Source: Actinomycetota bacterium
GTDB taxonomy: Bacteria > Actinomycetota > Acidimicrobiia > Acidimicrobiales > RAAP-2
Direction: 5' to 3'
Length of the DNA: 64,000 nucleotides
NCBI GenBank assembly: GCA_009699875.1
Contig: WLNI01000003.1
Coordinates: 8,814-72,813, forward strand
How positions within the stretch are numbered: position 1 is the first letter of the stretch; each line of letters starts with the position of its first letter. Positions 9,352 through 18,575 of this stretch are shown here, piece by piece. A program made the position numbers and the translations under genes. The notes under the pieces are model-generated. The model was given only the letters and a program-made list of their open reading frames with translations, did not search any database and was not told the origin of the DNA.

Positions 9352-10320
9352 GTGACTTCAGACGCAACTGCGTCGTCGGTTCCGGATCTAGAGAAAGATC
9401 GTGAGGATGCCGCTCGATTGAAGCGATCCCAAACCACCCGGGTCGTCTCGGCCAGGGTCAGTTTGCCGGAGCGCCTCAAAGAGATCTGGAACTGCCGAGA
9501 ACTCCTGAAAAACTTGATCTCAACCGAGATCAAAGTGAAATATAAAGGCTCATTTCTCGGAATCTTGTGGTCAATGGTGGCACCCGCCATCACGCTGCTG
9601 ATTTTCTGGTTCGTCTTTGGCATCGTGTTGCGAAACGGTGTTCCGAACTACGTGATCTTCCTCTTCTCAGGACTTCTCTTTTGGAACTTCTTCCAGCTTG
9701 GGGTCCAGACATCAACAGGAATTATTGTTGCTCGGGCCGGGATCGTGAAGAAGATTGCGTTCCCTCGAGAAATTCTTGGGTTGGCCTGCGTCGGTACTGC
9801 CGGTGTGTTCTTGTTCTTCCAAAGCATCGTGATGATCATCTTCATGGTGGTCCTTGGAGCGGCCCCTGATTGGCCCATGATTCCCATTTTGATTTTGTCG
9901 CTGATCGCAGTCACTTTGATCGGTTCGGCCCTCGGAATCCTGCTCTCGGCCGTGAATGTGTATTTGCGGGACATGCAGCACTTGATAGAAGTGATTTTGA
10001 CGGCGTGGTTCTGGGCATGCCCAATCGTCTACTCCTATTGGGCTTCGATCCAGCCTCACATCCACACCCAGTGGATCAAGTTTGTCTACCTCTTAAACCC
10101 AATGACGCCCGTGGTCATGACCTCTCAGCGAGTGATTTACGCCCATCCGGTCGTGAACCTCACTACCGGGACGCACCCTGTCATGAATATTCTTCCTCCC
10201 TGGGGCGCAGGGAGTTACGTCTTGATGAACCTGATACTTATTGGCGCAGGAATTATTTTCATGGCGATTGCCTTGATAGTTTTTGGTCGGCTCGAAGGCA
10301 ACTTTGCTGAGGAGTTATAG
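9352..10320 (+). CDS. ABC-2 type polysaccharide/O-antigen export permease (Wzm/TagG-like)
   Basis: Contains ELLKNLISTEIKVKYKGSFLGILW followed by multiple hydrophobic helices. A Wzt-like ATPase follows. The start is uncertain (GTG 9352, TTG 9418 or 9463). Confidence 0.8.
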   Translation: MTSDATASSVPDLEKDREDAARLKRSQTTRVVSARVSLPERLKEIWNCRELLKNLISTEIKVKYKGSFLGILWSMVAPAITLLIFWFVFGIVLRNGVPNYVIFLFSGLLFWNFFQLGVQTSTGIIVARAGIVKKIAFPREILGLACVGTAGVFLFFQSIVMIIFMVVLGAAPDWPMIPILILSLIAVTLIGSALGILLSAVNVYLRDMQHLIEVILTAWFWACPIVYSYWASIQPHIHTQWIKFVYLLNPMTPVVMTSQRVIYAHPVVNLTTGTHPVMNILPPWGAGSYVLMNLILIGAGIIFMAIALIVFGRLEGNFAEEL

Positions 10321-10323
10321 AGC

Positions 10324-11586
10324 GTGAGCGACGTTGCAGTTTCAATTGATTCAGTCTCTAAGCGCTTTCGTCTCTACCACGAACGAGGAACGTCGCTCAA
10401 GGAACGTTTTGTCAAGGCGGGGCGGTCTCGCTATGACGAGCTGTTAGCACTCAACGATGTGTCGGTTGATATTGAAGTTGGCGAAACGATCGGAATTCTT
10501 GGCCACAACGGCTCGGGAAAGTCGACGTTACTCAAATGCGTCTGTGGCGTACTGCAGCCAACCATGGGTCAAGTGGTTGTTCAAGGAAAGCTGGCAGCTC
10601 TTTTGGAACTTGGCGCTGGGTTCCAGCCAGAACTCTCTGGACGCGACAACATTTATCTGAATGGCTCAATGTTGGGACTCGGGAAGAAAGAGATTGACGA
10701 TGTGTTTGACGACATCGTCAAATTTTCAGAACTTGAGCAGTTCATTGACAACCAGGTCAAGTTCTATTCCTCCGGGATGTACGTCCGCCTCGGTTTTGCT
10801 GTTGCCGTGAATGTCCAGCCAGATATTTTGGTCATTGACGAAGTCTTAGCCGTGGGTGATGAGCGCTTTCAAAGAAAGTGCATGGACCGAATTCGTGAAT
10901 TCCAAGAGATGGGTCGAACGATCATTTTTGTCACGCACTCTGCTGAGCAAGTTCGAGCCATCTGCGACAGAGCAGTGGTGCTGAATAAAGGTTCTGTGAT
11001 TGATATCGGTACACCAGGGCACTCGGTGAGGGTCTTCCGGGAAAATCTTCTTGAAGCAGGTGATGGACCAGGTGCGGTTGTGGTTCCCGCAGTCGAAAAT
11101 CCAGAGGTCGAGAGAACAATAGATTTTGTCCCGCAAGAAGATGACCGGCCAGTTCGATTAAGTACTGTCCAACTGGACTATCCCGGCGTGAGCGAGCTGC
11201 CCTACCTCAAGAGCGGGGACCCGCTAAGCGTCAAGGTGGGATTTGTTGCGGAGCGAGCCGTTGAGAGTGTCGTGTTCGCGATCACCATTGTTGAGCCAAA
11301 AGGTGAGATTCTCTTGAAGACTGATACCAACCAACTGGACATGGTCTTTCATCTCGACGAAGGACCGGGAGAGATGGTCTTTCAGTTTCCTTCGTGGCCG
11401 CTGTTCGACGGTGAGTACAAGGTCTCAGTCGGGATCCAGAGTCGTCTTGGTGGAGTGGCCTACGACTGGAGCGAAGATGCGGTTTCCGTGGAAGTTCTCT
11501 ACGAAGGACAAGCTGGCGGCCTGTTGAACCTCCCGCTCTCTGCGGCAATCTTAAGTGGCGGCACTGCGCTGGAGGAGCCTGCATGA
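10324..11586 (+). CDS. Polysaccharide ABC exporter ATP-binding protein (Wzt/TagH-like) with ~160-aa C-terminal extension
   Basis: Walker A GHNGSGKST, signature YSSGM, Walker B ILVIDE. Residues from about 255 to 420 lie beyond the NBD, in the position of Wzt C-terminal glycan-binding domains. Confidence 0.85.
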   Translation: MSDVAVSIDSVSKRFRLYHERGTSLKERFVKAGRSRYDELLALNDVSVDIEVGETIGILGHNGSGKSTLLKCVCGVLQPTMGQVVVQGKLAALLELGAGFQPELSGRDNIYLNGSMLGLGKKEIDDVFDDIVKFSELEQFIDNQVKFYSSGMYVRLGFAVAVNVQPDILVIDEVLAVGDERFQRKCMDRIREFQEMGRTIIFVTHSAEQVRAICDRAVVLNKGSVIDIGTPGHSVRVFRENLLEAGDGPGAVVVPAVENPEVERTIDFVPQEDDRPVRLSTVQLDYPGVSELPYLKSGDPLSVKVGFVAERAVESVVFAITIVEPKGEILLKTDTNQLDMVFHLDEGPGEMVFQFPSWPLFDGEYKVSVGIQSRLGGVAYDWSEDAVSVEVLYEGQAGGLLNLPLSAAILSGGTALEEPA

Positions 11587-12554
11587 GTGAAACTCCCTTA
11601 GATCTTGACCTCGTCAGAGCCGAACTCGCTGAAGAGGTTCGCCTCCAGCGAGAAGACGGCGTTTTTGATGCGACTCGGGAACAAGAGCTAGAGCGTGCTT
11701 TTTTGCTGTTTGCTCCCCGGCAAGGTCACACGGGAGCAATTACTGCAACGTTGCGTGGGGTCGACGCTGCAGTCTTTGTCGACCCACTCGTCCCTATTGC
11801 TTCTCGAAACCCCGTTGGCAAGGTTGCCAAGAAGTACATCCGCAAAGGTGTATTTTTCTACATCAAATGGATCGCCGATCAGGTAACGCAAGCATTCTCG
11901 ACCATTGCAGTTGCTCTGCACCTGATTGAAGATGAGTTAGGAAGAGTCAATGAACGCCTTGACCTCATAGCGGTCACCGCTGCTCCAATCATTGAGCAAG
12001 AGGGACGCTCGACGAGTTCTGCGTGGTGGGTTTCTCACGCGCAAGAGTCGCTGAAGAGTGTGCATGGCCGTGTTCTCGTGTCAGCTTGTGGCGATGGCGA
12101 ACTCGTCCGCCACTTTTTGTCCTCTGGAACCGATGCCTACGGGATAGATCCTCGGCCAGGGAAAATACAAAAGGCTGAACTCGATGGAGTGGACCTGCGA
12201 GATGATGATCTGCTTAGTCACTTGTCGAATGTTGCTTCACGACGACTCGCTGCTGTTGTCCTCACCGGAACGACTGAGGGTCTCTTCGTCACGCAGCGTT
12301 CGCTTCTTCTTGATCGTCTCGAGCATGCGCTGCAACTTGACGGCGTGGTTGTGATCCACGCGATTCACCCAGACTCGATGGCGGGAGATGATTTTCCAGC
12401 GGAACTCGATTTTGCGGGAGCCCGTCCACTTCGCCCCAAGACATGGGCGCACGTGCTCGAGCAACGAGGCTTTGATGTTTCTTTTGAAGTGGCACCAGAT
12501 GGCAAAGATTTTCTGGTGCGTGGTGTGCGCCTCGGCGTCCATCAGACGTCGTGA
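11583..12554 (+). CDS. Class I SAM-dependent methyltransferase-like protein with helical N-terminal region
   Basis: The motif-I-like segment VLVSACGDGELVRHF..GTDAYGIDP is present. ATGA overlap with the Wzt stop and GTGA overlap with the next GT gene. Confidence 0.65.
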   Translation: MSETPLDLDLVRAELAEEVRLQREDGVFDATREQELERAFLLFAPRQGHTGAITATLRGVDAAVFVDPLVPIASRNPVGKVAKKYIRKGVFFYIKWIADQVTQAFSTIAVALHLIEDELGRVNERLDLIAVTAAPIIEQEGRSTSSAWWVSHAQESLKSVHGRVLVSACGDGELVRHFLSSGTDAYGIDPRPGKIQKAELDGVDLRDDDLLSHLSNVASRRLAAVVLTGTTEGLFVTQRSLLLDRLEHALQLDGVVVIHAIHPDSMAGDDFPAELDFAGARPLRPKTWAHVLEQRGFDVSFEVAPDGKDFLVRGVRLGVHQTS

Positions 12555-13777
12555 AAGTCGCCTATGTCACGCCCCGCTATGGGGTCAATGTAATCGGTGG
12601 GGCAGAGGCAGCAGCTCGCTCGCTCGCAGAGCATCTCGTCAATGATTTAGGACATGAAGCCGTTGTCTACACAACCTGTGCATTGGACTATGTCACCTGG
12701 GCAGATGAACTTGAGCCAGGCACTGAGGTTATCAATGGGGTTACTGTTCATCGGTTCCTCTCAGACAAGGGCCGGAACATCGAAGACGAGTCGCTTGATC
12801 GTGAACTCTGGGCTTCTCCACGCAGTGCGACCTATGACGAAGCAATGCGGTGGGTGAAGCAGTGTGGGCCCATCACCGGAGATCTCCTTGCGGCGCTAGA
12901 AGAGACCGACGCTGATGTTGTCTCTTTTTACCCGTATCTCTATTACATGACTGTTCACGGCATTGCCCGAATGACGAAGCCCACCGTGCTCCATCCAGCG
13001 GCTCATGACGAACCATGCCTCTACCTCGTCCCATTCGAAGATGTCTTCTCGTCAGCGGACGCAATCTGTTACCACACGCGAGCAGAACGCTCTCTCGTGG
13101 AACACGTGATGGACGTCGCTCAGACGCCCCAGATCATGCTGGGCTTGGGTACTGAAGTTTCAAGTGGAGGCGGCCGGCGTGGCGGCGAGATACTTGGACT
13201 TGGGAGCCGGCCGTACGTGGTCTGCGTTGGTCGGGTCGACCAACAAAAAGGGTCGGTCATGCTTGAAGAGTTCTTCAAGGAGTTTAAGAAGCTCCATCCT
13301 GGACCCGAAGCCCTCGTCTTTATTGGCCCGAATGCAGCTCACATCAAAAGCAGCGACGACGTCGTCATGGCCGGAATAGTGAACGAAGACGACAAGTGGG
13401 ACATCATCACCGATGCACGCTGTCTCATCTCTCCCTCGGCCATGGAATCTTTCTCACTTGTCCTCCTGGAAGGCTGGCAGAAGCGTCTCCCCGTGATGGT
13501 CAATGCGAGTTGCGCACCGACCGTCGAGCACGTTGAGATTTCAAATGGCGGATTGATCTTTGATTCATTCGGAACATTTGAAGCAGGCCTTCGGAGACTC
13601 CTCCACGACGAATCTCTGCGTCATCAACTAGGTGACAATGGGTATGACTATGTTGAGACTCATTTTTCATGGCCTGTGCTGATCCGTCGCTACGAAGGAT
13701 TCTTAAACGAGGTGATTGCTCGAGGTCGAACAATGCCAGATCCCGATCTTCCTCTGCTTGCTCCATTTCTCCGTTAG
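12551..13777 (+). CDS. Glycosyltransferase, GT4/GT-B fold
   Basis: 408 aa with a C-terminal E-x7-E-type motif (MESFSLVLLEGW) and a GRVDQQKG segment. Confidence 0.8.
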   Translation: MKVAYVTPRYGVNVIGGAEAAARSLAEHLVNDLGHEAVVYTTCALDYVTWADELEPGTEVINGVTVHRFLSDKGRNIEDESLDRELWASPRSATYDEAMRWVKQCGPITGDLLAALEETDADVVSFYPYLYYMTVHGIARMTKPTVLHPAAHDEPCLYLVPFEDVFSSADAICYHTRAERSLVEHVMDVAQTPQIMLGLGTEVSSGGGRRGGEILGLGSRPYVVCVGRVDQQKGSVMLEEFFKEFKKLHPGPEALVFIGPNAAHIKSSDDVVMAGIVNEDDKWDIITDARCLISPSAMESFSLVLLEGWQKRLPVMVNASCAPTVEHVEISNGGLIFDSFGTFEAGLRRLLHDESLRHQLGDNGYDYVETHFSWPVLIRRYEGFLNEVIARGRTMPDPDLPLLAPFLR

Positions 13778-13792
13778 GTAGAAGTGGAAGAA

Positions 13793-14866
13793 CTAGTGAA
13801 GGTTTGCTAAAAGCACGTCAAGAAACCTTTGCGTTGCTTCCTCAAGATCAAAGAACTGGGAACGTTGTATTCCTGCATCAATAAGCCGAGAACGTAGCGT
13901 GTCATCTCGGAGAACTCGGTGAACAGCTGCAGCAAAAAATTGTGGTGATTTTTGATTCAGCACCAAGCCAGCGGTTCCAACGGTCTCGGGAATTGCACTG
14001 CTCCCAAATGTGATTACCGGGACGCCATGGCCCATCGCTTCAACGAGAGGTGCGCAGAACCCTTCATGTTCAGAGGCACAGACAAATACATCAGCAGATT
14101 GCCAGTACGCCTCAAGCTCTTCGCTGGAGACGCCTCCAGCGAAAATAACTGCATCTTCAAGGCCAAGGATGGCGATATAGGACTCAAGTGCTTCAAGGTA
14201 GGTAGTGCCGAGTGGCGTTCCAACGAGGGTCAAGGTTGCATGTGGGTAGTACAACTCTCGAAGTGCGGACAACATGGCAACGAGGTCGTGAGGTGCTTTA
14301 TGGGGCGACACTTTCCCGACGAAGAGCAGGGAAGGAGCATCAGGACCTTTCTGAGAGTTCAATTTCTTCAGAAGATCATGATCAACCCGTGTCCTGTCGT
14401 GGCTCATATCTAATAGGAGAGGAGCAACAGCCGTCGGGGAGTATCCAAGATCAATAAGTTCACGCTCGTTGTAGTGAGAGACAGCAAGTCCGAGCGAGCA
14501 TCGTGGAGCAAATGCGGCTAATTGCCGTCGACCGAGTGACACTCCCGCGGAGATGTTTGGCTCCCAGGATTCGAGAAGGCTTGCCGGCGTCATGTTGTGG
14601 TAGTGAATCATCACAGGATCATTGACTTGGCGGATTAAATCGAAACCGGGTGATCCAATTGCTGCCTGAAAAAGCAGTGAACGATTGGGAACTGCTTCAA
14701 ACATCTCTTCAATTGGTCGACCAAGTGAAAGCATGTCATCAGCGGCATCTTCGTAGAAGATCTCGGACTCAATCCCACGGCTCAGGATGGCTCGCTGAAC
14801 GTTCAAGATATGTGCGCCAACAGCATCTCGGGCAACGAGATCAGGGGTGACTTGATCAATCCGCAC
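13793..14866 (-). CDS. Glycosyltransferase, GT4 family (paralogue A)
   Basis: Contains FVGKVSPHKAP and SEHEGFCAPLVEAM (E-x7-E). It aligns along its full length with the next gene. Confidence 0.8.
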   Translation of the reverse strand: MRIDQVTPDLVARDAVGAHILNVQRAILSRGIESEIFYEDAADDMLSLGRPIEEMFEAVPNRSLLFQAAIGSPGFDLIRQVNDPVMIHYHNMTPASLLESWEPNISAGVSLGRRQLAAFAPRCSLGLAVSHYNERELIDLGYSPTAVAPLLLDMSHDRTRVDHDLLKKLNSQKGPDAPSLLFVGKVSPHKAPHDLVAMLSALRELYYPHATLTLVGTPLGTTYLEALESYIAILGLEDAVIFAGGVSSEELEAYWQSADVFVCASEHEGFCAPLVEAMGHGVPVITFGSSAIPETVGTAGLVLNQKSPQFFAAAVHRVLRDDTLRSRLIDAGIQRSQFFDLEEATQRFLDVLLANLH

Positions 14867-14870
14867 AGTG

Positions 14871-15974
14871 TTACCTGGCGAGGAGAATATCGGGAGCCGT
14901 CATATTGATGCCATCGAGGAGAACGTCAACAAATACCTTAGAGGCTCTCTCGAGGTCGTAGGCCTCCAGTTGGACGTTGGCAGCTCGATTGAAATGATCA
15001 CGAAGCGCCTGGTCCTCGACCACACGGTGGACCGCTGCAGCGAAAGACACAGGTGACTTGTCGCTAATGATAAGTCCTGCATCAGCGACAGTTTCAGGAA
15101 TAGCGGCGGCCCCGTAGGCAACGATGGGAAGTGAATGATTCATTGCTTCAATTATTGGGACACAGAACCCTTCGTGATTCGAGGCGACCGTAAAGACGTC
15201 GGCAGACTGCCAGTAGGCCTCGAGGTCTGGTCCAGGGAGTGATCCAGTCAAATTCACTGCTTCAAAAAGGCCGAGGGCTTTCATGTAGCCATGAAGTGCT
15301 CCGAGATACCGTCCGCCAAAGGGACGCCCAACAAGGGTCAATGTGGCCTCAGGGTGATAGATCTCTCGGTACGCAGCCAACATGGCAATGATCTCATGAG
15401 GCGCCTTGTGTGAGGACAGCGTTCCAACGAAGAGAAATTGAGGGGCACCAGTTTTCTCCTTGCGTTCAAGGAGCGAATGAAGGAGGTCATGGTTCACCTC
15501 GGGATTCTTTTCCAAATTAATCAAGAGGGGAGCCACGGCGGTCGGAGAGTAACCAACGTCGATCAGCTCACGTTCGTTATAAGGAGAGTCGGCCAGTCCA
15601 AGGACAGTCTTCGATGCAAGCTCGCCAAGTTGGCGACGACCCAACGCCGCTTCTCCTCCCGTCGCCGGAAGCCATTTTTCAAAGTACTTCGCAGGCGTGA
15701 TGTTGTGGTAATCAACGATGAGTGGCGTCTTCATTAAAAGGAGCCGGTCAACGATTGGGGTGCCAATCGAACAGTGGTAAAGAAGGAATCGATCGTGGCT
15801 CTCATCGGGCATCTCTGTAATATTTTCCCCAAGTGAAATGACGTCGGGTGCAGCACTGTTGTAATAGATAGTTGAATCAATGCCTCGAGCATTGAGCGCG
15901 TCCTTGAGATTTCGAGTGTGGTTTCCTATCGCGTCTCTTGCCACAAATGCAGGAAGAACTTGATCAATTCTCAT
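14871..15974 (-). CDS. Glycosyltransferase, GT4 family (paralogue B)
   Basis: Contains FVGTLSSHKAP and SNHEGFCVPIIEAM. The N-terminus MRIDQVLPAFVARDAIGNH parallels MRIDQVTPDLVARDAVGAH of paralogue A, which supports a start at 15974. Confidence 0.8.
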   Translation of the reverse strand: MRIDQVLPAFVARDAIGNHTRNLKDALNARGIDSTIYYNSAAPDVISLGENITEMPDESHDRFLLYHCSIGTPIVDRLLLMKTPLIVDYHNITPAKYFEKWLPATGGEAALGRRQLGELASKTVLGLADSPYNERELIDVGYSPTAVAPLLINLEKNPEVNHDLLHSLLERKEKTGAPQFLFVGTLSSHKAPHEIIAMLAAYREIYHPEATLTLVGRPFGGRYLGALHGYMKALGLFEAVNLTGSLPGPDLEAYWQSADVFTVASNHEGFCVPIIEAMNHSLPIVAYGAAAIPETVADAGLIISDKSPVSFAAAVHRVVEDQALRDHFNRAANVQLEAYDLERASKVFVDVLLDGINMTAPDILLAR

Positions 15975-15978
15975 GGAT

Positions 15979-16698
15979 TCAACGACCACTCTCTGCTGGG
16001 AGTGCGATCACATCGGCAATATTAGGAAATGAACTCAATCGACTGAGCTTGCCAAGCTTCGCGCAACTCACTGGAAAGTTTGCGGCACGAAGGAGGCGAA
16101 GATCCCCTCGACTGTTTCCATAGGCCCAGAGGACGGGCGCTTGATCAGAGGTCCCAAGTAAGCCTTCTGATCGCATCCAACTTGTGGTGCGGGAGAACTT
16201 CTCTGCACCTCGACAGTTTTTTCCTTGGTAGCGACCAGTAAGATTCCCGGAACCGTCAACTGCCAATCGAGTAGCGACTACACCATGCACACCCAGCAAC
16301 TCTCCTACCTCTTTGACGTAGAGCTCCGGAGAGGCGGAAACAATGAGAACGTGATGCCCCAAGGCCATATGAAAATCAAGTCTGGCTTTCACATCGGTTC
16401 GAAGCTTCTTTGCAACATGGCGTTGAGCAAAACCTTGAGACCGTTCGATCACTTCATCTTGCGAGGCACCTTGCAAGAGTTCAGTGAAGAGATCCTCTTT
16501 GGTCGAGTCCGCCGTCGACCCACCCTTGAGTGCGGCATAGGCCAATCGAGGACTTGAACCCAAGACGGCACGGGCAGTCTTTTTTGTTCCCGCTACTGAG
16601 CGAAGCCAGGGGACCACTGATCCACCTTCAGTCAAGGTGCCATCGAGATCGAACGCTGCCACGACGACTTCGGTGCGAGGGGGCCGAGTCGACTTCAT
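15979..16698 (-). CDS. HAD-IB family hydrolase (phosphoserine-phosphatase-like)
   Basis: HAD motif I AAFDLDGTLT, VSASP, and a C-terminal GNSRGD. I prefer the ATG at 16698 to the longer track ORF. Confidence 0.75.
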   Translation of the reverse strand: MKSTRPPRTEVVVAAFDLDGTLTEGGSVVPWLRSVAGTKKTARAVLGSSPRLAYAALKGGSTADSTKEDLFTELLQGASQDEVIERSQGFAQRHVAKKLRTDVKARLDFHMALGHHVLIVSASPELYVKEVGELLGVHGVVATRLAVDGSGNLTGRYQGKNCRGAEKFSRTTSWMRSEGLLGTSDQAPVLWAYGNSRGDLRLLRAANFPVSCAKLGKLSRLSSFPNIADVIALPAESGR

Positions 16699-16908
16699 AG
16701 GCTTGGACCGCGCATGGTCGACGCAGTGAGAGAGGTCATCTATCGATTCTCGCATGGCATTTCGGGGCCGCAAGCGACCCCCCGGATGGATAGTTGACAA
16801 ATATGACAGACTAGGTCGACAATCAAAGAAAACCCCGCTAGGGTGACCCTTTGGAAGTTAATCAATGCCCTTGGACCCCCCATGGGCCTGGCTAGGAGGA
16901 CGACATAC

Positions 16909-17544
16909 ATGGCAATCCGACTTGGAGATATCGCACCAGATTTCACCGCTGATACAACAGAGGGAACCATCAGTTTTCATGAGTGGCTCGGCGACAGTTG
17001 GGGAGTACTCTTTTCGCATCCGAAGGACTTCACCCCTGTCTGCACGACGGAGCTTGGTGGATTTTCAGCACGCAAGGCTGATTTCGAAAAGCGAAACACC
17101 AAACTTATTGGCCTTTCGGTCGATTCGGTGGCTTCCCACAACGATTGGGCGGGCGACATTGAAGAGACTCAAGGATCAGCTCTCGCTTTCCCACTCATCG
17201 GTGACGAGGATCGAAAAGTTGCAGACCTCTACGACATGATCCACCCAAACGCAAATGACACGCTGACCGTTCGTAGTGTCTTCATCATTGGACCAGACAA
17301 GAAGATCAAGCTCACGCTGACGTACCCAGCATCAACGGGACGAAATGTTGATGAGATCCTTCGAGTCCTCGACTCGCTCCAACTCACAGCGGGCTACTCA
17401 GTGGCCACGCCAGTCAACTGGAAAGACGGGGAAGACGTCATCATCGCTCCAGCCGTAAGCGACGAAGATGCGAAAGCGAAGTTCCCGAAAGGCTTCAAGG
17501 CACTCAAGCCGTATCTGCGAGTAACGCCTCAGCCAAATAAATAG
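16909..17544 (+). CDS. 1-Cys peroxiredoxin (Prx6-type, AhpC/TSA family)
   Basis: SD AGGAGGA at 16895-16901. The sequence [12 protein letters not shown]...[20 protein letters not shown] has the peroxidatic Cys in a PVCTTE context. Confidence 0.9.
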   Translation: MAIRLGDIAPDFTADTTEGTISFHEWLGDSWGVLFSHPKDFTPVCTTELGGFSARKADFEKRNTKLIGLSVDSVASHNDWAGDIEETQGSALAFPLIGDEDRKVADLYDMIHPNANDTLTVRSVFIIGPDKKIKLTLTYPASTGRNVDEILRVLDSLQLTAGYSVATPVNWKDGEDVIIAPAVSDEDAKAKFPKGFKALKPYLRVTPQPNK

Positions 17545-17702
17545 TTTTCACAAGACACCATTTCGGTGTCCCAGAATCTGAAGTGAATCGAGGGCTTGTC
17601 ACGATGGCGGGCCCTCGATTCGCGTTACGACTTCCATTGGCACCGTCTCCTTTTGACGCTAGAAACGTGGTGACCTACTCTCATCAAAAAAGGAGATCAT
17701 TA

Positions 17703-18560
17703 ATGGCAGGGAAACCAATTCACTCAAGTGGCACCTTTGACCTCGGGGGAATGCCCATTTTCCGACTTGGTTTTGGTGCAATGAGGATTACTGGGCCAGG
17801 TATTTGGGGACCACCTCGTGACGAGTCCGAAGCAATCGATGTCTTGAGAAAAGCAGTCGAGCTTGGGGTTAATTTTATTGATACTGCTGATTCCTACGGC
17901 CCCACAATCTCTGAGGAACTCATAGCGAAGGCACTGTTGCCCTACGGCGATGTACTCATTGGCACCAAAGCGGGTTTGACTCGGACAGGGCCCAACGTAT
18001 GGCCTCCAGTTGGGCGACCCGAATATCTCCGTCAACAGTGTGAACTGAGCCTTCGTCGCCTTGGTGTCGACAGCTTGGATCTATTCCAACTTCACCGGAT
18101 TGACCCGAAGGTCCCCGCCGATGAGCAGTTCGGATTATTGAAAGAACTTCTTGATGAAGGGAAGGTGAAGACGGTTGGCCTCTCTGAAGTCAACGTAGCG
18201 GAGATTCAAGCTGCCGAGAAGATCGTGAAGATCTCAACCGTTCAGAACCTCTACAACCTCTCAAATCGGCAATCCGAAGATGTTCTCACCTACTGCGAAG
18301 GACAAGGAATTGGATTCATCCCGTGGGCCCCCGTTGCTTCAGGCGGTCTCACAAAGCCGGGAGGTCCTTTGGATCAGATCGCTCACGAAGTTGGGGCAAC
18401 GATCACACAGGTGGCGATAGCATGGCTTCTCAAGAGATCAGAAGTCATGATCCCAATTCCGGGAACGTCTCGCGTCGCTCACGTCGAAGAGAATTGTGCA
18501 GCTGCAGAAGTAGTTCTGAGTGACACTCAGTTTGCAGCACTCTCGAATGGCGAAGAGTAG
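17703..18560 (+). CDS. Aldo/keto reductase
   Basis: SD AAAGGAG lies before the ATG at 17703. [26 protein letters not shown] and VQNLYNL are AKR hallmarks. Confidence 0.85.
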   Translation: MAGKPIHSSGTFDLGGMPIFRLGFGAMRITGPGIWGPPRDESEAIDVLRKAVELGVNFIDTADSYGPTISEELIAKALLPYGDVLIGTKAGLTRTGPNVWPPVGRPEYLRQQCELSLRRLGVDSLDLFQLHRIDPKVPADEQFGLLKELLDEGKVKTVGLSEVNVAEIQAAEKIVKISTVQNLYNLSNRQSEDVLTYCEGQGIGFIPWAPVASGGLTKPGGPLDQIAHEVGATITQVAIAWLLKRSEVMIPIPGTSRVAHVEENCAAAEVVLSDTQFAALSNGEE

Positions 18561-18575
18561 GAAGTTCCTCCGCTC

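Noticed and set aside
16794-16823. TTGACA-N18-GACAAT, considered as a promoter for the peroxiredoxin gene.
   Set aside because: The -10 element is poor and the spacer is non-optimal. Without TSS data it cannot be supported as a feature.
17555-17571. Hairpin GACACC-ATTTC-GGTGTC after the peroxiredoxin stop, considered as a terminator.
   Set aside because: It has only a 6-bp stem and no U-tract, so it is too weak to call.
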